Of a DNA stretch of 64,000 bases, positions 53,239-63,079 are shown one piece after another. A model generated the notes under the pieces. That model saw nothing but the letters and a program-made list of their open reading frames with translations, was not told where the DNA came from and made no database searches. The position numbers and the translations under genes were made by a program. Source of the DNA: an uncultured Alphaproteobacteria bacterium (GTDB lineage Bacteria > Pseudomonadota > Alphaproteobacteria > HIMB59 > GCA-002718135). Location of the stretch: assembly GCA_902580765.1 (NCBI GenBank), contig CACHLW010000004.1:19888-83887 (forward strand). Reading direction: 5' to 3'. The number at the start of each line of letters is the position of its first letter. Position 1 is the stretch's first letter.

Positions 53239-53278
53239 AAAAGTATTCCTATTAGATTTAAGTGTGTTAAAGTATTGT

Positions 53279-53297
53279 AATGTTATAATATAACATT
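53279..53297. promoter_or_regulatory. Zur box (perfect 19-bp palindrome AATGTTATAATATAACATT)
   Basis: It lies in the 78-bp znuA/znuC divergent intergenic region, 41 nt from the znuA ATG and 20 nt from the znuC ATG. It matches the core of the published gammaproteobacterial Zur consensus GAAATGTTATAWTATAACATTTC (from memory). Confidence 0.85.
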
Positions 53298-53316
53298 TTA
53301 CGTTGTAAATAATAAA

Positions 53317-54066
53317 ATGGCAGAAAATAATAATTTATTGGTTAAACTAGATAACTGTGGTGTGTACAAGTCATCCAAGTGGATTGTACGAGGAATAAGC
53401 TTGGAAATTCACAAGGGGAAAATTGTTACTCTAATAGGGCCTAATGGTTCTGGAAAAACAACTTCAGCTAAAATGATACTTAAGATACTTAAGTCTGATG
53501 AAGGACAAATAAAAAACTTTGCTTCTAAAATGGCTTACGTACCACAAAAAATTAATATTGATTGGACAATGCCTCTTCGTGTCGTTGATTTTATGAAATT
53601 AACAAGTCATATAAATAATCTTGAAATTGTTGATGCTTTAAAATTAACTGGAGTAGATAACCTTCTCTATAACGATATTCATAATTTATCTGGCGGAGAA
53701 TTTCAAAGAGTCTTAATCGCCAGAGCAATCGCAAAAAAACCAGACTTACTTGTTTTGGATGAACCAGTTCAAGGTGTAGATTTTAATGGAGAAATTGCAC
53801 TTTATAATCTTATTAAAAAAATTTGTTCAACACTTAATTGTGGAATATTACTGATATCGCATGATCTTCATTTTGTTATGTCAGCTACAGATCATGTAAT
53901 TTGCTTAAATGGTCATATATGTTGTTCTGGAACGCCAAGATCAATTGTAAAGAATTCGGCATACATAGAATTATTTGGTGAACATAACGCCACAACTCTA
54001 TCACTTTATCAACATGATCATGATCATTCTCATGAAACAGATGGGAGGGTTACAAATAATGTTTGA
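53317..54066 (+). CDS. znuC: Zinc ABC transporter ATP-binding protein
   Basis: Walker A GPNGSGKTT, signature LSGGEFQR, Walker B LLVLDEP, His-rich C-terminus. Confidence 0.9.
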   Translation: MAENNNLLVKLDNCGVYKSSKWIVRGISLEIHKGKIVTLIGPNGSGKTTSAKMILKILKSDEGQIKNFASKMAYVPQKINIDWTMPLRVVDFMKLTSHINNLEIVDALKLTGVDNLLYNDIHNLSGGEFQRVLIARAIAKKPDLLVLDEPVQGVDFNGEIALYNLIKKICSTLNCGILLISHDLHFVMSATDHVICLNGHICCSGTPRSIVKNSAYIELFGEHNATTLSLYQHDHDHSHETDGRVTNNV

Positions 54067-54862
54067 TGATTTTTTTACTAGAGCTCTCATAGCTGGCATT
54101 GGTATTGCAATAATTGCCGGACCTCTCGGATGTCTTGTAATTTGGAGAAGGTTATCCTATTTTGGAGATACGCTGTCTCACTCGGCATTATTGGGCGTAA
54201 CTTTAGCTTATTCTTTTAGCTTTAATATTACATTTTCAGTTTTTATAATTTCAGCTGTTGTTGCTTTACTATTAATTAATTTACAAAAAAGAACAAAACT
54301 CGCAGGAGACTCATTACTCGGTCTACTTGCTCACTCTACACTTGCTATAGGCTTGGTATTAATTGGGTTTCTTACATCAATTAGATTTGACCTTATGGGT
54401 TTATTATTTGGAGATATACTTGCAGTTAATGTAGAAGATATAACCATAGTTTATTTAGGTGGTGCTGCAATATTATTGATTTTGTACTTTATTTGGAAAT
54501 CTTTATTTTCAGCAACGGTAAATTATGATCTGTCAGCAGCAGAAGGAATGCGACCAGAAGTTTCTAATTTTATATTTACACTCTTATTGGCAGGAGTAAT
54601 TGCTTTATCTATTAAAATGATTGGTGCTTTATTGATAACTGGTTTACTTTTAATACCTGCAGCAATTGCAAGAAATATTAGCAGCAGTCCTCGTCAAATG
54701 GTTATAATTGCAACTTTAGCTGGTGTCGTATCAGTAATTGCAGGGTTGTTTGTTTCGCTTGAGATTAATACTTCTTCAGGGCCTTCTATAATTGTAGTTG
54801 CATTATTATTATTTATTATTTCACTTATTCCTCTGGAGATAAAGGGTCAGTTGCAAAAATGA
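54059..54862 (+). CDS. znuB: Zinc ABC transporter permease
   Basis: Multi-TM protein beginning MFDDFFTRALIAG. I prefer the ATG at 54059 (8-nt overlap with znuC) over the tracked start at 53975, which lies deep inside znuC. Confidence 0.85.
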   Translation: MFDDFFTRALIAGIGIAIIAGPLGCLVIWRRLSYFGDTLSHSALLGVTLAYSFSFNITFSVFIISAVVALLLINLQKRTKLAGDSLLGLLAHSTLAIGLVLIGFLTSIRFDLMGLLFGDILAVNVEDITIVYLGGAAILLILYFIWKSLFSATVNYDLSAAEGMRPEVSNFIFTLLLAGVIALSIKMIGALLITGLLLIPAAIARNISSSPRQMVIIATLAGVVSVIAGLFVSLEINTSSGPSIIVVALLLFIISLIPLEIKGQLQK

Positions 54863-54884
54863 AAACTATTTGTTAATTAAAATT

Positions 54885-55289
54885 ATGGCATTAGCATCAG
54901 AAAATTTAACCAAAAACCAGAAAACAGTTCTTGATATTTTAGAAAACTCGTCTGAGCCTCTTAAAGCATATACAATCCTTTTTGATATTCAAAAAAAAGG
55001 AATTAAATCTCCTCTTCAAGTTTATAGAGCTTTAGATAAGCTTATAGAAATTGGGAAAGTACATAAAATAGAGAGTAGAAATTCATATGTTGCTTGTAAG
55101 CATGAAGGCTGTAATGCAAAAACTTCTACATCTTTTTTGATATGTGAAAACTGTGATAGTGTTACTGAGCTAACTGGAAATAATTTGTTTTCTTATTTTT
55201 CAAAACAAGCAGAAAAAAATAACTTCAATTATAAAAAACATAATTTAGAAATATTTGGTTTGTGCGAAAATTGTAAACTAAAAAACTAA
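54885..55289 (+). CDS. zur: Fur-family zinc uptake regulator
   Basis: Winged-helix N-domain, then Cys pairs (CKHEGC, CENC, CENCK). It lies adjacent to znuB. I prefer the ATG at 54885 over the tracked TTG at 54870. Confidence 0.8.
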   Translation: MALASENLTKNQKTVLDILENSSEPLKAYTILFDIQKKGIKSPLQVYRALDKLIEIGKVHKIESRNSYVACKHEGCNAKTSTSFLICENCDSVTELTGNNLFSYFSKQAEKNNFNYKKHNLEIFGLCENCKLKN

Positions 55290-56080
55290 TTTATTAAATT
55301 ATCAATCTTATTGAGACATTTATTTAATCCAAGGTCGTATTTTGTTCGTATGAAATGCTCTTGTACTATTTCAACCCATTTAAATTTTTGAAACGTTTGA
55401 TGAGATATGTAAAAACAATTTAAAGGAAAAGACATATTAAACATTTTTAATATTTCTTGCCTTATTACATCGTTGGTCAACACTGCCAAAGATTCGTGAA
55501 TGTATTTTTCTACAATTTTTTGATCACTTAAAGATGTATTAGGTAAATTAAATAAACCTCTAAATCTAAAGTATCGATAGATTCTTAAGTAGTCTTCTTT
55601 TATTCTATCCTCTATTTCACCAATAAAACAAATTTTACTTTCATTTAAATCTGATTGGCCATTGTAATAATCATGTAGTTTATTATTGTTTCCAACATAT
55701 AAAGCATTGAAAGTAAAATCTCTTCTGGCTGAATCTTTTTTCCAGCTGTTGGTGTAAATTACATTTGTATGTCTTCCCATTTGATTAACATCTTCACGTA
55801 AAGTTGTAATTTGTATTTTTCGATTATGAGGATAAGCAATTATAGATCCATATTGAATAGCAAAATCATCATATTCAATATTGTTATCTTTTAGTAATGA
55901 CAAAACATCCTGAGGCTCCAAAGTTGTTGCTGTATCAATATCTTTGATTTCTCTTTCAAGAAGAGCATCTCGTATACATCCTCCTACTAATCGAATTTCA
56001 ATATTATTTTCTTTAAAGATAGATATTAAAAACTTAACATGCTCCAGATTCAATAAATTCGTAATTTTATTTATTTCCAT
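55286..56080 (-). CDS. tRNA nucleotidyltransferase / poly(A) polymerase family protein, short form (264 aa)
   Basis: Head-domain motifs LVGGCIRDALL..KDIDTAT and RRDFTFNA, and the neck motif EDRIKEDYLRIYRYFRF. The usual C-terminal body/tail is missing. Confidence 0.75.
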   Translation of the reverse strand: MEINKITNLLNLEHVKFLISIFKENNIEIRLVGGCIRDALLEREIKDIDTATTLEPQDVLSLLKDNNIEYDDFAIQYGSIIAYPHNRKIQITTLREDVNQMGRHTNVIYTNSWKKDSARRDFTFNALYVGNNNKLHDYYNGQSDLNESKICFIGEIEDRIKEDYLRIYRYFRFRGLFNLPNTSLSDQKIVEKYIHESLAVLTNDVIRQEILKMFNMSFPLNCFYISHQTFQKFKWVEIVQEHFIRTKYDLGLNKCLNKIDNLIN

Positions 56081-56121
56081 TATCTAGCTATTTCTTCAAA
56101 ACAATTTATATTACAATAACA

Positions 56122-56730
56122 ATGTCGACTTCTTCAAAAGAAAATGCTGCAGAAATATTTGAGGATATAAAGAAAAATTTAACTAGAGGAGTTAAAGATA
56201 GAAAACACGCATTTCATACGCCAGTCTTTAGTAATATTGATAGTAAAGGTGGAATTGATTCTAGAGTTGTAGTCTTAAGAAAGTTTGATCCCAGTAGCAT
56301 GACACTAAATTTTCACACAGACTTTAGATCTCCGAAGGTTCCTAATTTAAAAAAAAATAGTAGTTCTCAATTTGTTTTTTATGATCATAAATTAAAAATT
56401 CAAATGCGAATCAAAACAACGTCTTTGGTTAATAATCAAAATGATAAAGCTAAAGAAATGTGGGACAAAACAAGATTGTTTAGTAGAAAATGTTACTTAA
56501 CATTGAAAGATCCAAGTTCAATCACTGAGTTTCCAGAAGATGGTATCCCTGAACACTTAACCGGAAAGGAACCAAGTCATGAAGAAAGTGAAAAAGGATA
56601 TAAAAATTTTACAGTAGTTGAAAATAAAATTAATGAAATTGATTGGCTTTATTTAGAAATTTCAGGTCATCGTAGATTAAAATTAACATTTAAAAATAAT
56701 GAACCAGAATATAATTGGTTAATACCTTAA
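56122..56730 (+). CDS. Pyridoxamine 5'-phosphate oxidase-related FMN-binding family protein
   Basis: KHAFHTPVFSNID...SRVVVLRKFD...LNFHTDFRSPK pattern, 202 aa. Confidence 0.65.
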   Translation: MSTSSKENAAEIFEDIKKNLTRGVKDRKHAFHTPVFSNIDSKGGIDSRVVVLRKFDPSSMTLNFHTDFRSPKVPNLKKNSSSQFVFYDHKLKIQMRIKTTSLVNNQNDKAKEMWDKTRLFSRKCYLTLKDPSSITEFPEDGIPEHLTGKEPSHEESEKGYKNFTVVENKINEIDWLYLEISGHRRLKLTFKNNEPEYNWLIP

Positions 56731-57557
56731 TATAATTTAAAATTATCAATAATTCTTATATCACCAATATATAAAGCAATAAATAATCTAGCTTCAGAAT
56801 AATTTTTTGTTATTTCTAAATTATTTTCATTTCTTATCTCTAAATAGTCAATTTTATTTATATTATTTTGAAGAAACTCTATTTTTAATTGATCTAAATT
56901 ATTAATTTCATTTTGTTTTAATAGATTAATATGTTCTTTAATTTTATTTCCTAATACATCAAAAATTTTTAATTGATCATTAGAAAATTTAGAGTTCCTT
57001 GAAGATAAACTCATACCTGTTTTATCTCGTACAGATGGACATTGAATTATTTTAATATTGTGATTTTTAATTTTTACTAAATCTTGTATTATTTTTACTT
57101 GCTGAAAATCCTTCTCACCAAAATAACTGTTCGTTGGTTTAATCATATTAAAAAAAAGATCCACAACAGTAGTAACTCCATCAAAATGACCAGGTCGAAA
57201 TTTATCACATAAAATATCTCTAAAATTGTATACAATTTTTTTCTTTGCCAATCCTTTAGGGTATATCTCTTGAACGTCAGGTAAGAAGAGTACATTACAA
57301 CCAATATTTTCTAGTTTAGAAATATCATCATCAATTGTCTTTGGATAAGAATTGAAATCATTTTCATTGTTAAATTGAGTAGGATTAATAAATATAGAAC
57401 AGATCACAAATTCGTTATGTAATTGTGCCTCTCTAATGAGAGATAAATGTCCATCGTGTAAGTTTCCCATTGTTAAAACTAAACCAATAGACTGACCTTT
57501 GTCTTTGATTGAAACTAGATTTGGCTCTAATTCACTAGCTTTTCTGAAAATTTTCAT
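56727..57557 (-). CDS. panC: Pantoate--beta-alanine ligase
   Basis: GLVLTMGNLHDGHLSLI (HxGH) and GEKDFQQ motifs. Confidence 0.9.
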   Translation of the reverse strand: MKIFRKASELEPNLVSIKDKGQSIGLVLTMGNLHDGHLSLIREAQLHNEFVICSIFINPTQFNNENDFNSYPKTIDDDISKLENIGCNVLFLPDVQEIYPKGLAKKKIVYNFRDILCDKFRPGHFDGVTTVVDLFFNMIKPTNSYFGEKDFQQVKIIQDLVKIKNHNIKIIQCPSVRDKTGMSLSSRNSKFSNDQLKIFDVLGNKIKEHINLLKQNEINNLDQLKIEFLQNNINKIDYLEIRNENNLEITKNYSEARLFIALYIGDIRIIDNFKLY

Positions 57558-57576
57558 CGATTACATAAGTAAATAT

Positions 57577-57605
57577 TTGACTTATATATAATGAATTCGT
57601 ATTAG
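57577..57605 (+). promoter_or_regulatory. Candidate sigma-70 promoter of the rpmH operon
   Basis: TTGACT, a 17-nt spacer, then TATTAG, ending 15 nt before the rpmH ATG. Confidence 0.35.
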
Positions 57606-57620
57606 GCCCAGAGATTTATT

Positions 57621-57755
57621 ATGAAACGCACTTACCAACCTAGTAGAGTAATTAGAAAAAGAAGACACGGTTTTAGAGCTAGAATGGCAACTAAAGCAGG
57701 TCGTCAAATCATTAATAGAAGACGTGCAAAAGGAAGAGCTCAATTAAGCGCTTAA
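57621..57755 (+). CDS. rpmH: 50S ribosomal protein L34
   Basis: Own translation gives [44 protein letters not shown]. It is below the ORF-track size cutoff. Confidence 0.95.
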   Translation: MKRTYQPSRVIRKRRHGFRARMATKAGRQIINRRRAKGRAQLSA

Positions 57756-57764
57756 AAAGGCCAA

Positions 57765-58094
57765 ATGGCCCAAACATTATTTACAATTAAGAAAAGATCG
57801 ACTTTCGTTATGATACGAAACCAGGGAGAATTTATAAAAGGTAAAAATATGAATATCCAAATTTTACACAATCAAGATCTAGAAAATTCTATAGGTGTAG
57901 GATACACAGCTTCCAAAAAAATTGGCAACGCAGTAAAAAGAAATAGAGCAAAGAGAATAATGAGAGAATTAGCTAGAAAAATTATTATTAATGGTAAAAT
58001 TAATTCATATTATGTGTTAATAGCTAAAACGTCATTGCTCGAAGAGAAATTTGATAAACTTTTATTAGAACTTAAGGGAAAGATAAATGGTTAG
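57765..58094 (+). CDS. rnpA: Ribonuclease P protein component
   Basis: 109 aa basic protein with [14 protein letters not shown] (RNR motif), directly after rpmH. Confidence 0.9.
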   Translation: MAQTLFTIKKRSTFVMIRNQGEFIKGKNMNIQILHNQDLENSIGVGYTASKKIGNAVKRNRAKRIMRELARKIIINGKINSYYVLIAKTSLLEEKFDKLLLELKGKING

Positions 58095-58332
58095 TAAATA
58101 TATTTCATTACCTTTAATCATAATAATTAGATTATACCAGTTATTGATTTCCCCAATACTTGGGCAGAATTGTCGGTATTTACCAACCTGCTCTGAGTAT
58201 TCTATTAAATCGTTAAAGGAACATGGGTTATTTAAAGGATCAATTTTATCGGTGAAAAGAGTTTCAAAATGTCATCCCTGGGGTTCCCACGGATTTGATC
58301 CAGTACCAAAAAAATCTGAGTTAAATAAATGA
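58087..58332 (+). CDS. yidD: Membrane protein insertion efficiency factor
   Basis: [11 protein letters not shown] and [12 protein letters not shown] motifs, 81 aa. Confidence 0.9.
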   Translation: MVSKYISLPLIIIIRLYQLLISPILGQNCRYLPTCSEYSIKSLKEHGLFKGSILSVKRVSKCHPWGSHGFDPVPKKSELNK

Positions 58333-60056
58333 ACGAGCAAAGAAATTTATATTTGGCTATTGGTATTTCAATTGCGATAATTATTTTTTTTCAATTATTA
58401 TTTCCAACTCAACCAATTCAAACAACATCCTTTGAAGAAGATGAAGTATTAGAGCCAGCAACATCCATTGACGGACAAAGCAACCAAGTTGTTTCAGAAA
58501 TACAAAGTAGAGATGAAGCTTTAATTCAAACCGACAGAGTTATTTTTGAAAATGCATCTATTAAAGGTTCTATAAATTTAAAAGGAGCAATTTTAGATGA
58601 CCTCATATTATCAAAATATAAAACTAGCTTAGAACCTGATTCGAATAATATACAGCTTTTGTTACCGGATGGGACTGCTAATCCATATTATATTGAAACA
58701 GGTTGGAAAGAGCTAAAAAATTCTAACATTGAATTACCTAATTTAGAAACAAATTGGAAAACTAACTCTACCACTCTAAGCCCCTCAAGCCCTGTTACAC
58801 TTAGTTGGACGAATAATAAAAATATAACTTTCAAAATCAACTATCAAGTTGATGATGAGTATATGTTTACAATTACACAGGAAATAGAAAATAACAGTGG
58901 TGAAGATATTGAAGTTTTTCCATACAGATTAATCAAAAGAATAAACACACCAGATACAATTAATTTTTTTATACTTCACGAGGGTTTAATTAGTCTAATA
59001 AACGACGAATTATTGGAAAAAAATTATGATGATATTGCAGATGATTGTAATTCATCAATGCAAACAAAAAAAGAGTTTTGCGATAATAAAACACAAGGAG
59101 GTTGGTTAGGTTTTACAGACAAATATTGGATGTCTGCTTTAATTCCTGATGCTGACCAATCAATTAACGTCAATTATAGATACGGAAATAATGGACGTGA
59201 TAGCTATAGGACAGGTTATGTTGGTCAGATATATAAAATTAACTCGGGTGAAAATATATCTTACGGCGGAAAATTATTTGTGGGTGCAAAAAAATTAAAT
59301 GTCTTAAGTTCTTATGATGAAAATCTCTCTATACCAAGATTTACTGATGCAATTGACTGGGGCTGGTTTAGTTTTTTAACTAAACCTGTTTCATATGCCA
59401 TTAATTGGTTTTTTGGTTATGCAGGTAATTTTGGTCTAGCAATAATTGCCTTTACCATTTTAATGCGTTTAATTTTATTCCCACTGGCACAAGCATCTTT
59501 TAAATCTATGGCAAAGATGAAAAAACTTCAGCCTGATATGCAAAGATTAAAAGAAACATATCCAAATGACAGACAAAAAATGCAGCAAGAATTAATGGCC
59601 TTGTATAAAAGAGAGGGAGCTAATCCTGTTGCGGGTTGTCTACCAATTTTAGTACAAATACCAATTTTCTTTTCTTTGTATAAAGTGTTGTTTGTTACGA
59701 TAGAGATGTATCACGCTCCTTTTTATGGATGGATTCATGATCTATCTGCGCCAGACCCATTAGGCTTAATGACAATATTTGGATTAGTTCCTTGGGATGT
59801 GCCACCTATACTTTCAATAATTGATATTGGTATTCTTCCTATCATTATGGGGTTCACTATGTGGTTACAACAAAAACTAAATCCTGCTCCCACTGATCCA
59901 ACACAAGCTAGAATTTTTGCATTACTTCCATTTGTATTTACTTTTGTACTAGCTGGTTTTGCAGCTGGTTTAGTTTTATATTGGTCAGTGAACAATATTT
60001 TATCAATTGCACAGCAATGGTATATTCAAAGAAGAATTTTAGCCAAAAATGGCTAG
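58329..60056 (+). CDS. yidC: Membrane protein insertase YidC
   Basis: 575 aa with an N-terminal TM segment, a large periplasmic domain and a C-terminal 5-TM core ([31 protein letters not shown]). Confidence 0.95.
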   Translation: MNEQRNLYLAIGISIAIIIFFQLLFPTQPIQTTSFEEDEVLEPATSIDGQSNQVVSEIQSRDEALIQTDRVIFENASIKGSINLKGAILDDLILSKYKTSLEPDSNNIQLLLPDGTANPYYIETGWKELKNSNIELPNLETNWKTNSTTLSPSSPVTLSWTNNKNITFKINYQVDDEYMFTITQEIENNSGEDIEVFPYRLIKRINTPDTINFFILHEGLISLINDELLEKNYDDIADDCNSSMQTKKEFCDNKTQGGWLGFTDKYWMSALIPDADQSINVNYRYGNNGRDSYRTGYVGQIYKINSGENISYGGKLFVGAKKLNVLSSYDENLSIPRFTDAIDWGWFSFLTKPVSYAINWFFGYAGNFGLAIIAFTILMRLILFPLAQASFKSMAKMKKLQPDMQRLKETYPNDRQKMQQELMALYKREGANPVAGCLPILVQIPIFFSLYKVLFVTIEMYHAPFYGWIHDLSAPDPLGLMTIFGLVPWDVPPILSIIDIGILPIIMGFTMWLQQKLNPAPTDPTQARIFALLPFVFTFVLAGFAAGLVLYWSVNNILSIAQQWYIQRRILAKNG

Positions 60057-60669
60057 CTTAAATAAAAATTTAAATAACTTTTTTAGTAATAATAAGTTTT
60101 TAGGTTCCTTTCAGTCATTTAAAGATATTCCTTATTCAGATATAAAAAAAGAATGTTGTTTTATAGGTAGATCTAATGTTGGAAAATCTAGTTTAATAAA
60201 TTCATTAACTAAAACAAAAAAATTAGCAAAAACTAGTAAAACTCCAGGAAGAACGCAGGCTATAAATGTTTTTTTAATTAGTGAAAAAATAAATATGATT
60301 GATTTACCTGGTTATGGTTTTGCCAAAGTATCAAAAGTTGCACGAGAAAATTTAATGACCTTGATTGAAGAATATATAGAAAATAGAGATACACTTGATC
60401 ATGTTTTTTTACTCATTGACTCAAAAGTTGGTATCAAAAATTCTGATATTGATATGTTGGATTTATTGAGTGATTGTTCAAGAAAATTTTCCATAATTTT
60501 AACTAAAATAGATAAAATATCTAATAACTATTTAGAATATCAAAAAAAATCAATTTTAAGTTTAATGCAAAATTATGAAAAATCATTTACGAAAATATAT
60601 CAATCTGAGACCAAAAAAAATAATGGTATTACAGAGATTCAAAGATCTATATACGGGTTATCACAATAA
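60049..60669 (+). CDS. engB: Ribosome biogenesis GTP-binding protein YihA/EngB
   Basis: GRSNVGKSSLINSL, DLPGYGFAKVSK and TKIDK motifs. Confidence 0.9.
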   Translation: MASLNKNLNNFFSNNKFLGSFQSFKDIPYSDIKKECCFIGRSNVGKSSLINSLTKTKKLAKTSKTPGRTQAINVFLISEKINMIDLPGYGFAKVSKVARENLMTLIEEYIENRDTLDHVFLLIDSKVGIKNSDIDMLDLLSDCSRKFSIILTKIDKISNNYLEYQKKSILSLMQNYEKSFTKIYQSETKKNNGITEIQRSIYGLSQ

Positions 60670-60671
60670 AT

Positions 60672-61583
60672 ATGAAATTTGATTTTTTATCAGAGAGTGA
60701 TCAGGCTTATTTTATTCATAAAGCCTCAACCTTAGTTGAAGCTCTTCCATACATTCGAGAACATAGTGGTGATACCATTGTAATAAAATACGGTGGACAT
60801 GCAATGGGAGATAAAAAACTGTCTGAGAGTTTTTCAAGAGATATTGGGTTATTAAAAGAAGTAGGTGTGTCACCAATTATTATTCATGGTGGAGGGCCTC
60901 AAATTGGTGAGAGACTTAAATCAAAAAATATATCAACACAATTTGTTGAAGGATTACGAGTTACTGATAAAGAAACAATTAAGGTAGTTGAGGAAGTTTT
61001 ATCTAAGGATATCAATTCAGAAATAGTAGAATCTATAAGTGCCTCTGGAGGAAAAGCGATAGGAGTATCTGGTAATGATAACTTAGTCACTGCAACTAAA
61101 TTGAATGTGGAAATTAAAGACAGTGATTCAAATATTGAAAAAATAGTTGATATTGGTTTTGTTGGACAACCAAAAAAATTAAACAAAGATATGCTAACTA
61201 GCTTTATAAAAAATGGTCAAATACCTGTCATATCTCCTTTAGGTAAGGATGAAAATAATTTTACATATAATATTAATGCTGACACTGTTGCGGGTTTTAT
61301 AGCAGGTGAGTTACAGGCAAGTAAATTATTATTACTAACCGATGTACCTGGAATTTTAGACAAAGATGAAAAATTAATATCATCAATAACTTTAGAAGAA
61401 GCTAAAAATATTGCTAATAAAGAATATATTTCTGGAGGTATGAAGCCGAAAATTAATACATGTATTGATGCAATGAAAAAAGGTGTTAAAAAATCTACTA
61501 TTTTAGATGGAAGAATTCCTCATTCAGTAATATTAGAGTTATTCACTGAACATGGAATTGGTACACAAATAACAAGTAATTAA
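60672..61583 (+). CDS. argB: Acetylglutamate kinase
   Basis: IVIKYGGHAM, IIHGGGPQI and NINADTVAG motifs. Confidence 0.95.
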   Translation: MKFDFLSESDQAYFIHKASTLVEALPYIREHSGDTIVIKYGGHAMGDKKLSESFSRDIGLLKEVGVSPIIIHGGGPQIGERLKSKNISTQFVEGLRVTDKETIKVVEEVLSKDINSEIVESISASGGKAIGVSGNDNLVTATKLNVEIKDSDSNIEKIVDIGFVGQPKKLNKDMLTSFIKNGQIPVISPLGKDENNFTYNINADTVAGFIAGELQASKLLLLTDVPGILDKDEKLISSITLEEAKNIANKEYISGGMKPKINTCIDAMKKGVKKSTILDGRIPHSVILELFTEHGIGTQITSN

Positions 61584-62258
61584 ATGAGCTTTAAAGATAA
61601 CATCAATACCTGGATATTTGATCTAGATAACACACTGTACTCTGCAGACAGTGGAATTTTTCAGCAAGTACATAAGTTAATGGGTGAGTTTGTAGCTAAA
61701 AATTTAAATATGGAATTAGCTGAAGCAAAAAAACTACAAGCAAAATATTACAAGCAACATGGAACTACATTAAGAGGTATGATGGATAATCATGGTGTAG
61801 ATCCTGATTATTTTTTAGAAGAAGTTCATAAGTTAGATTACTCAATTATTGGTCCAAATCAAAATCTTAATGATGAATTATATAAACTTGAGGGAAGAAA
61901 AATTATTTATACAAATGCTAATAAGCAACATGTCTTAGATGTGTTAGAGAAAATAAATCTAACAAATTTTTTTGATGAAATATATGATATTAAAATGGCT
62001 AATTATATTCCTAAGCCAGAAATTTCTCCCTATGAAAAAATTATCGACTTATTTGATATCGAAGCAAATAAATCCGTAATGTTTGATGATATTGCAAAGA
62101 ATTTAGTTCCAGCAAAAAAAGTTGGTTTTACACCTGTCTGGGTTGATGCTGGTTATGAAAATTTTTCCGATGATATTGAAGCATCTAAAGAATATTTAGA
62201 TTTTCAAACAAGAGATTTGAGTTTATTTTTAAAAGATGTAAATGAGGGTAAAATATGA
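61584..62258 (+). CDS. Pyrimidine 5'-nucleotidase (HAD family)
   Basis: Canonical motif [11 protein letters not shown], motif IV FDDIAKN. The position between argB and dapD is the same as in other alphaproteobacteria. Confidence 0.75.
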   Translation: MSFKDNINTWIFDLDNTLYSADSGIFQQVHKLMGEFVAKNLNMELAEAKKLQAKYYKQHGTTLRGMMDNHGVDPDYFLEEVHKLDYSIIGPNQNLNDELYKLEGRKIIYTNANKQHVLDVLEKINLTNFFDEIYDIKMANYIPKPEISPYEKIIDLFDIEANKSVMFDDIAKNLVPAKKVGFTPVWVDAGYENFSDDIEASKEYLDFQTRDLSLFLKDVNEGKI

Positions 62259-63079
62259 GTGATCTGGAAAGAATTATAAATGATGCCTTTGAGGAGAGAG
62301 ATAATATTAATGTCAATACTGCAGGTGATATTAGAAATGCAGTAGATGAAACTTTAAACAAACTTGATAGTGGAAGCTTAAGGGTTTGTGAAAAAATTAA
62401 TAATGAATGGCAAGTTAATCAATGGATTAAAAAGGCAATTCTTTTAAGTTTCAGATTAAATGATAATGAAATCATTAAAGCATCGCATGCTACTTGGTTT
62501 GACAAAGTAGAAAGTAAAACTGCAAATTGGACTAAAGATGATCATCTGAAAGCAGGATTTCGATATGTACCAGACGCTGTTGTAAGAAAATCTGCATTTA
62601 TTGCTAAAGGTGTTGTTTTAATGCCTTCTTTTGTAAATCTTGGTGCATATGTTGACGAAGGAACAATGATTGATACTTGGGCAACAGTTGGATCATGTGC
62701 ACAAATAGGTAAAAACTGTCATATTTCTGGAGGTGCTGGTATTGGCGGTGTACTTGAACCTCTTCAAGCAAATCCTGTAATTATTGAAGACAATTGTTTT
62801 ATTGGAGCTAGAAGTGAAGTGGCTGAAGGTGTTATTGTTGGTGAAGGTGCGGTTTTATCAATGGGTGTATTTATTGGAGCATCTACAAAAATAGTCGATC
62901 GATCAACTGGGGAAATTCATATGGGAAAAGTTCCAGCGTATTCAGTTGTGGTACCAGGTACATTACCAGGAAAAAAAGAAGGAGATATTAATCCTTCTTT
63001 ATACTGTGCAGTTATTGTTAAAAGAGTTGATGAAAAAACTAGAAGCAAAACATCAATCAATGATCTTTTAAGAGATTAA
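62255..63079 (+). CDS. dapD: 2,3,4,5-tetrahydropyridine-2,6-dicarboxylate N-succinyltransferase
   Basis: Left-handed beta-helix hexapeptide repeats ([40 protein letters not shown]), 274 aa. Confidence 0.95.
   Translation: MSDLERIINDAFEERDNINVNTAGDIRNAVDETLNKLDSGSLRVCEKINNEWQVNQWIKKAILLSFRLNDNEIIKASHATWFDKVESKTANWTKDDHLKAGFRYVPDAVVRKSAFIAKGVVLMPSFVNLGAYVDEGTMIDTWATVGSCAQIGKNCHISGGAGIGGVLEPLQANPVIIEDNCFIGARSEVAEGVIVGEGAVLSMGVFIGASTKIVDRSTGEIHMGKVPAYSVVVPGTLPGKKEGDINPSLYCAVIVKRVDEKTRSKTSINDLLRD

Noticed and set aside
53975-54058. Long form of znuB starting at 53975
   Set aside because: It would overlap znuC by 92 nt. The ATG at 54059 gives the usual ATG/TGA-type coupling and starts right at the first TM segment.
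54870-54884. TTG start for zur at 54870
   Set aside because: An ATG five codons downstream (54885) is more plausible, and the extra residues MLIKI add nothing recognisable.
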